Part shown: positions 58,059 through 64,000 of the stretch, piece after piece | How positions within the stretch are numbered: the stretch's first letter is position 1 | How the letters are laid out: the number at the start of each line of letters is the position of its first letter | Origin: Nocardioides sp. | GTDB taxonomy: Bacteria; Actinomycetota; Actinomycetes; Propionibacteriales; Nocardioidaceae | Assembly (NCBI RefSeq): GCF_041913365.1 | Contig: NZ_JAYSFM010000004.1 | Location: 34,348-98,347, forward strand | Length of the DNA stretch: 64,000 bases | Reading direction: 5' to 3' | Program-made: the position numbers and the translations under genes | Notes under the pieces: model-generated | The model's database searches: none | What the model was told of the DNA's origin: nothing | What the model saw: the letters and a program-made list of their open reading frames with translations, nothing else

Positions 58059-59324
58059 TCAGGTGGTCGCCTGGTCGGAGCCGGGCTGGACCTCGTCCTG
58101 CTCCTTGCCGACCTCCTCCGCCTTCGCCATCGCGTTGCCGCCGGGGACGATGCCGGCGTTGTTGGCGTCCATGGTGAGGTTGTCGCCGGTCGCCGGGTCG
58201 AAGAGGTGGATCTTGCGGGCGTCGACCCAGATCGTGGCGTCGTCACCCTCCGCGATCCGGCTCGCACCGTCCAGCGAGATCACCAGCTGGGTCCGCAGCG
58301 ACTCGCCGTCGAGGTCGCGCTCGAGCTGCTGGAGCTGCTTCTCCACCTCGGGCGGCGCCTCGAACGGGATGTAGGCGTAGGCCTCGTTGCCGAGCCACTC
58401 CACGACGTCGACGGTGGCGTGGAAGGTCGCCTCGTCGGTGACCTTGTCGCTGTCGACCACGCTGGCGTCCTCGAAGTGCTCGGGCCGGATGCCCGCGATG
58501 AGCAGGTCCTTGCCCTGCGCCTTGGCGGCCTTGTCCTCCGGGATCGTCACCGTGCCGAAGGGCAGTTCGACCTGGTTGCCCTTCACCGTCGCCGGCAGGA
58601 AGTTCATCGGCGGGGAGCCGATGAAGCCGGCGACGAAGAGGTTGGCCGGGTTCTCGTAGAGCTCGCGCGGCGTCGCGTGCTGCTGGAGCACACCACGCTT
58701 CATGACCGCGACCCGGTCGCCGAGGGTCATCGCCTCGGTCTGGTCGTGGGTGACGTAGACGGTGGTGATGCCCAGCCGCTTCTGCAGCCGCGAGATCTCG
58801 GTGCGCATCTGCCCACGCAGCTTGGCGTCGAGGTTGGACAGCGGCTCGTCGAAGAGGAAGGCCTCGGCGTCGCGGACGATCGCGCGCCCCATCGCGACGC
58901 GCTGGCGCTGACCTCCCGACAGGTTGCCGGGCTTGCGCTCGAGGTGCTCGTCGAGCTCGAGCGTCTTCGACGCCTCCCGGACCTTCTCGTCCACCTCGGA
59001 GTCCGGCTTGTTGGCCAGCCGTAGCGGGAACGCGATGTTCTCGTAGACGGTGAGGTGGGGGTAGAGGGCGTAGTTCTGGAACACCATCGACAGGTTGCGG
59101 TCGCGCGGGGCCAGGTCGTTGACCCGCTTCCCGCCGATGACCATGTCGCCGTCGGTGATGTCCTCGAGGCCGACGATCATCCGCAGGAGCGTGGACTTCC
59201 CGCACCCGGACGGTCCGACGAGGATCAGGAACTCGCCGTCCTCCACGTCGATGCTCACGTCGTTGACGGCGGGGAAGCCGTCGCCGTACTGCTTGACGAT
59301 GTTCTTCATCTCGATGGCAGCCAT
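58059..59324 (-). CDS. Sugar ABC ATP-binding protein (SugC-like)
   Basis: GPSGCGKST, LSGGQRQR, FDEPLSNLDAK. Confidence 0.92.
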   Translation of the reverse strand: MAAIEMKNIVKQYGDGFPAVNDVSIDVEDGEFLILVGPSGCGKSTLLRMIVGLEDITDGDMVIGGKRVNDLAPRDRNLSMVFQNYALYPHLTVYENIAFPLRLANKPDSEVDEKVREASKTLELDEHLERKPGNLSGGQRQRVAMGRAIVRDAEAFLFDEPLSNLDAKLRGQMRTEISRLQKRLGITTVYVTHDQTEAMTLGDRVAVMKRGVLQQHATPRELYENPANLFVAGFIGSPPMNFLPATVKGNQVELPFGTVTIPEDKAAKAQGKDLLIAGIRPEHFEDASVVDSDKVTDEATFHATVDVVEWLGNEAYAYIPFEAPPEVEKQLQQLERDLDGESLRTQLVISLDGASRIAEGDDATIWVDARKIHLFDPATGDNLTMDANNAGIVPGGNAMAKAEEVGKEQDEVQPGSDQATT

Positions 59325-59331
59325 GAGCTGA

Positions 59332-60162
59332 TCACCCCTTCACTGCGCCGGAGGTCAGGCCGGCGACGATCTTGCGCTGGAACAGCAGGACGATGACGAT
59401 CACCGGCAACGTGACGATGACCGACGCCGTCGCGAGCTGCGCGTACGGCGGGTTGAACGGGTCGGGTCCGACGAAGAACGACATCTGCGCCGGCACCGTC
59501 CGGGAGGCGGTGGTGGAGGTCAGCGAGATCGCGAGCACGAACTCGTTCCACGCGAAGAAGAAGGTCAGGATCGCCGCGGTGAAGACGCCGGGTGCGGCGA
59601 GCGGGACGATGACCTTCCGGAAGGCCTGCCACGACGTGGCGCCGTCGACCTGGGCCGCCTGCTCCATCTCCCACGGGATCTCGCGGAAGAAGGCGGAGAG
59701 CGTCCAGATCGCCAGCGGCAGCGTGAACGACATGTAGGGGATGATCAGGCCCGGCCAGGTGTTGAACAGGCCGAACGTGGTCCACATGTCGAAGAGCGGG
59801 CCGACCAGCGACACCACCGGGAACATCGCGATCGCCAGCGCGAGCGAGAGCACGAGCCGCTTGCCCTTGAACTCGAGCCGGGCGATGGCGTACGCCGCCA
59901 GGGTGGCGAAGATGACCGACAGGATCGTGGCGATCAGCGAGATGCCGAACGAGTTGATCAGCGCCCGGGTGAAGTCGGGGTTGTCGAGGATGTCCTTGTA
60001 GTTCTGGAGCGTCGGCTCCTTGGGCAGGAACTGCGGGCTGCCCGCACCGGTTTCACCCACCGACTTGAAGGACAGCGAGATGATCCACGCCACCGGGAAC
60101 AGGCACCACAGCATGATCAGGACGAACCCGATCCAGGTGCCGACTGCGTTCTTCCCCTTCAT
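59332..60162 (-). CDS. Sugar ABC permease (SugB-like)
   Basis: EQAAQVDGAT, FFFAWNEF. Confidence 0.9.
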   Translation of the reverse strand: MKGKNAVGTWIGFVLIMLWCLFPVAWIISLSFKSVGETGAGSPQFLPKEPTLQNYKDILDNPDFTRALINSFGISLIATILSVIFATLAAYAIARLEFKGKRLVLSLALAIAMFPVVSLVGPLFDMWTTFGLFNTWPGLIIPYMSFTLPLAIWTLSAFFREIPWEMEQAAQVDGATSWQAFRKVIVPLAAPGVFTAAILTFFFAWNEFVLAISLTSTTASRTVPAQMSFFVGPDPFNPPYAQLATASVIVTLPVIVIVLLFQRKIVAGLTSGAVKG

Positions 60163-61118
60163 CAGCCCTCACCCCTCGCCTGCGCCAGGTCGACGCGGAA
60201 CAGCTTGACGATCAGCCATGCCAGCAGCAGGACCGACAGGAACAGCAGCACGGACATCGCGGAGCCGAGGCCGAGCTGCATCTGCTCGATCACCTGCCGG
60301 TAGGTCAGGAACGAGATCGACTGCGTCCCCTCGGCGCCCTTGGTCATCACGAAGATGTTGTCGAAGATGCGGTAGGCGTCGAGGGCGCGGAAGAGGACCG
60401 CCACCATGATCGCGGCCCGCATGTTGGGCAGGATCACCTTGGTCAGCCGCTGCGTCCACGTGGCTCCGTCGACCTTGGCGGCCTCGAGCATGTCCTCGCT
60501 CACCTGGGCCAGCCCGGCCAGCAGCAGCAGGGCCATGAACGGCGTGGTCTTCCAGATCTCCGAGACCATGATCGCGAACATCGCGTGCGGGTAGTCACCG
60601 AACCAGTTGGTGTCGTCGGCGATCCACGGCAGCCAGTTGAACCAGGCGTTGACGAACCCGTTGTTGAGCGAGAACGCGAACTGCCAGGCGAAGGCCGAGA
60701 CCACGGTGATGATGCCGTAGGGGATCAGGATCGAGGTGCGCATCAGGCCGCGGGCGAAGACGATGCGGTGCATCACCATCGCGAACGCGAAGCCGATGAC
60801 CAGCTCGACCGCCACCGTCACGACCATGATCAGGAGCGTGGTCAGCGTGCTCTTCCAGAACTGGTCGTCGCTGAGGATCGTCAGGTAGTTGTCGACGCCG
60901 ACGAACGACCGGTCGTCGGGTGCGGTGAGGCGATAGCGGAACAGCGAGAGGTAGAGCGCCTGGATCATCGGCCAGGCCGTGACCAGCAGCATCAGCACGA
61001 CGGCCGGGGCGACGAGCTTGAGCCCCAGTGAGTTCTCCGCCGCGCTGCGGTCGCTGGCTGCCTTCTTCGCCGCGCGGCGTACGTCCTTCTCGGAGTCGGG
61101 TGCGACAGTCGTGCTCAC
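60162..61118 (-). CDS. Sugar ABC permease (SugA-like)
   Basis: WKTTPFMALLLLAGL, EAAKVDGA, LDAYRIFD. Confidence 0.9.
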   Translation of the reverse strand: MSTTVAPDSEKDVRRAAKKAASDRSAAENSLGLKLVAPAVVLMLLVTAWPMIQALYLSLFRYRLTAPDDRSFVGVDNYLTILSDDQFWKSTLTTLLIMVVTVAVELVIGFAFAMVMHRIVFARGLMRTSILIPYGIITVVSAFAWQFAFSLNNGFVNAWFNWLPWIADDTNWFGDYPHAMFAIMVSEIWKTTPFMALLLLAGLAQVSEDMLEAAKVDGATWTQRLTKVILPNMRAAIMVAVLFRALDAYRIFDNIFVMTKGAEGTQSISFLTYRQVIEQMQLGLGSAMSVLLFLSVLLLAWLIVKLFRVDLAQARGEG

Positions 61119-62416
61119 AGCAGGTCACCACCCTTCAGTACGTCCTCGATGAACGTCGTCGAACGCCCCGGGGTGTCGCTGTCGACCGACCGCGGGGGGT
61201 GCCAGATGTTCTGGATGGAGCCGGACACGTCACTCCAGTACGGCGTCACGGTGCGCGGTGCGGCGGCGTCGACGCTGTCCTGGAAGAGCTGCAGCAGGTC
61301 GGCCGGGAAGCTCTCCTGGAGCGCGGGGTACTCGTAGCCCTGGGTGCTGGCCGGCATGTTGCCGGTCATGTCGGCGTTGATGCCCTGCATCTCCGGGCTG
61401 ACGAGGCAGGCCGCCGCCTCGAGCGCGAGGTCCTTCTCGTCGGAGTAGGCGCTGACGCCGATCCCGATGCCGCCGTAGGGCGGACGCGAGTCCTCGCCCT
61501 CGACGGTCTGCGGGTAGCGGGCGTAGCCGATGTCGTCGGCCACGTCGGGGGCCGTCTCGTCGTAGTTGTGCCAGATGTAGGTCCAGTTCACCAGGAACGA
61601 GCCCTGGTCCGAGCCGAACGTCGAGCCGGCGGTGCCCTCGTTGGAGACGCTGAGGTCGGCCGGGGCCGCCTCCGAGGACGCGAGCTTCTCGATGATCCCC
61701 GCGGCCTTCTCGCCGGCGTCGTCGCCGAGGGTGATCGTGGCGTCCACACCCTCGCCGGCGTCCTCGAGGATGTGGCCGCCGGCGCCCTCGACGAGGGCGT
61801 TGATCCACACCACGTAGCCCTCGTACTTGTTGGCCTGGACGCCGATCTTCGCGTCGTTCTCGCTGGCCACGTCGATGATCTGGTCCCACGTCACCGGCTG
61901 GCTCATGTCGATGCCGGCCTTCTCGACGAAGGACTTGCGATACCAGAGGACCTGCGTGTTGGACCAGAACGGGAAGACGACGAGCTTCTCCTTCCACGTG
62001 GCCGCGTCGAGCGCGCCCTGGAAGGTGCCCTGCTCCTCGAGCTGGGCCCTGGCGTCCTGCGGCACCTCGGCGAGGAAGCCGGCGTCGGCGAACTCCGCGG
62101 TGAACGGCGGGTCGAGGGACATCAGGTCGATCTCGGGGTCCTTCGCGGCGAGGCGGCGGGCCAGCTGGATGCGCTGCTGGCCGGCGTCCTGGGGGAGGAC
62201 CTGCGTGGTGATCGTGTAGTCGTCGGTCGAGCACTCCTCGGCGATCGCGGCCTGGCCGCCGGAGTCGGGGTTGATGTACCAGACCAGCTCGGGAGTGCCT
62301 CCCGAGCTGCCGCACGCGGTGAGGAGGCCGCTGGCGAGGGCGAGGGCTGCGAGTGGTGCCACTGCCCGTCTTCCCCTCGGCCGGCCCCGTTGCCGGATCG
62401 ACGGTTCCCGTGACAT
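61115..62416 (-). CDS. Sugar ABC substrate-binding lipoprotein (LpqY/trehalose-like)
   Basis: LTAC lipobox; QRIQLARRLAAKDPEIDLMSLD, NTQVLWYRK. Confidence 0.85.
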   Translation of the reverse strand: MSREPSIRQRGRPRGRRAVAPLAALALASGLLTACGSSGGTPELVWYINPDSGGQAAIAEECSTDDYTITTQVLPQDAGQQRIQLARRLAAKDPEIDLMSLDPPFTAEFADAGFLAEVPQDARAQLEEQGTFQGALDAATWKEKLVVFPFWSNTQVLWYRKSFVEKAGIDMSQPVTWDQIIDVASENDAKIGVQANKYEGYVVWINALVEGAGGHILEDAGEGVDATITLGDDAGEKAAGIIEKLASSEAAPADLSVSNEGTAGSTFGSDQGSFLVNWTYIWHNYDETAPDVADDIGYARYPQTVEGEDSRPPYGGIGIGVSAYSDEKDLALEAAACLVSPEMQGINADMTGNMPASTQGYEYPALQESFPADLLQLFQDSVDAAAPRTVTPYWSDVSGSIQNIWHPPRSVDSDTPGRSTTFIEDVLKGGDLL

Positions 62417-62522
62417 CCGCACCCTCCCTCGTCTCGACTTGTGACCTCTGGTCTAGTGGTCCTTGACACGATTTGGCAACATGCACCCACACGATCGGGT
62501 GCCTTCCTACGAGCGAGGTCTG

Positions 62523-63611
<1,089 letters not shown>

Positions 63612-63612
63612 G

Positions 63613-63999
63613 TCAGTCGGACGCCCGGTCGGCGGTGCGCGCGATGGCCTCGACGAAGGTCGGGAAGAGGGCGGGCGGGAGGTCGTGGCCCATGCCGTCG
63701 ATCAGCACGAGCTCGGCACCGGGGATGGCCGCGGCGGTGGACCGGCCGCCGCTGACGTGGACCATCTTGTCCGCCATCCCGTGCACCACCAGGGCGGGCA
63801 CGCGCAGGCTGCGCAGACGCTGGGTGCGGTCGGGCTGGGTGAGGATCGCGAGCATCTGCCGCATCATGCCGCTGGCGCTGTAGCCGCGGTCGAAGGTCTC
63901 GCCGGCCCGGTCGGCCAGCTTGTCGCGGTCGCCCGGCCACCCCGGCGAGCCGATGACGTCCCAGAACGCCACGCTGGTCTCGACGTACGACTCCCGGCC
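63613..63999 (-). CDS. Alpha/beta hydrolase, C-terminal part (5' end outside window)
   Basis: PALVVHGMADKMV...GMGHDLP. Confidence 0.8.
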   Translation of the reverse strand, partial: GRESYVETSVAFWDVIGSPGWPGDRDKLADRAGETFDRGYSASGMMRQMLAILTQPDRTQRLRSLRVPALVVHGMADKMVHVSGGRSTAAAIPGAELVLIDGMGHDLPPALFPTFVEAIARTADRASD

Positions 64000-64000
64000 C

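Noticed and set aside
62447-62462. Second dre site CTGGTCTAG upstream of the sugar SBP/galK
   Set aside because: Only one half matches the consensus; the other arm (TGGTCC) does not.

Overview
GC-rich actinobacterial chromosome segment (Nocardioides-like by gene content and repeat types; this is inference). All family assignments are by-eye motif recognition and no database was searched. In order: a metzincin-like protease plus a partner that duplicates its C-terminal part; a DasR-type GlcNAc PTS/catabolic cluster; assorted housekeeping genes (uppS, PIN-PhoH, fumC, class I fumarase, PBP); a copper (CsoR)-boxed DUF4396 gene; an orphan CarH-like regulator; a DUF559/AbiEi-like gene bracketed by 46-bp hairpins; an ABC importer; TetR-MMPL; and a ~19-kb raffinose/sucrose/alpha-glucoside island (GH13, GH36, GH32, amylosucrase, two ABC systems, galK). 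No rRNA, tRNA, CRISPR array or transposase was recognised. The best candidate for an undescribed system is 37.36-44.10 kb. Two tandem, translationally coupled ~965-aa STAND (LAL-like) ATPases carry an N-terminal XRE-like HTH and no C-terminal LuxR domain. Two paralogous small lipoprotein genes flank them, each preceded by the same triple GTCAAC box (10-bp period), whose last copy sits exactly 17 bp before a -10-like hexamer. Several distinct families of short palindromic (REP-like) repeats also occur. Some bracket genes as inverted pairs, some supply stop codons, and one sits in frame inside nagA.
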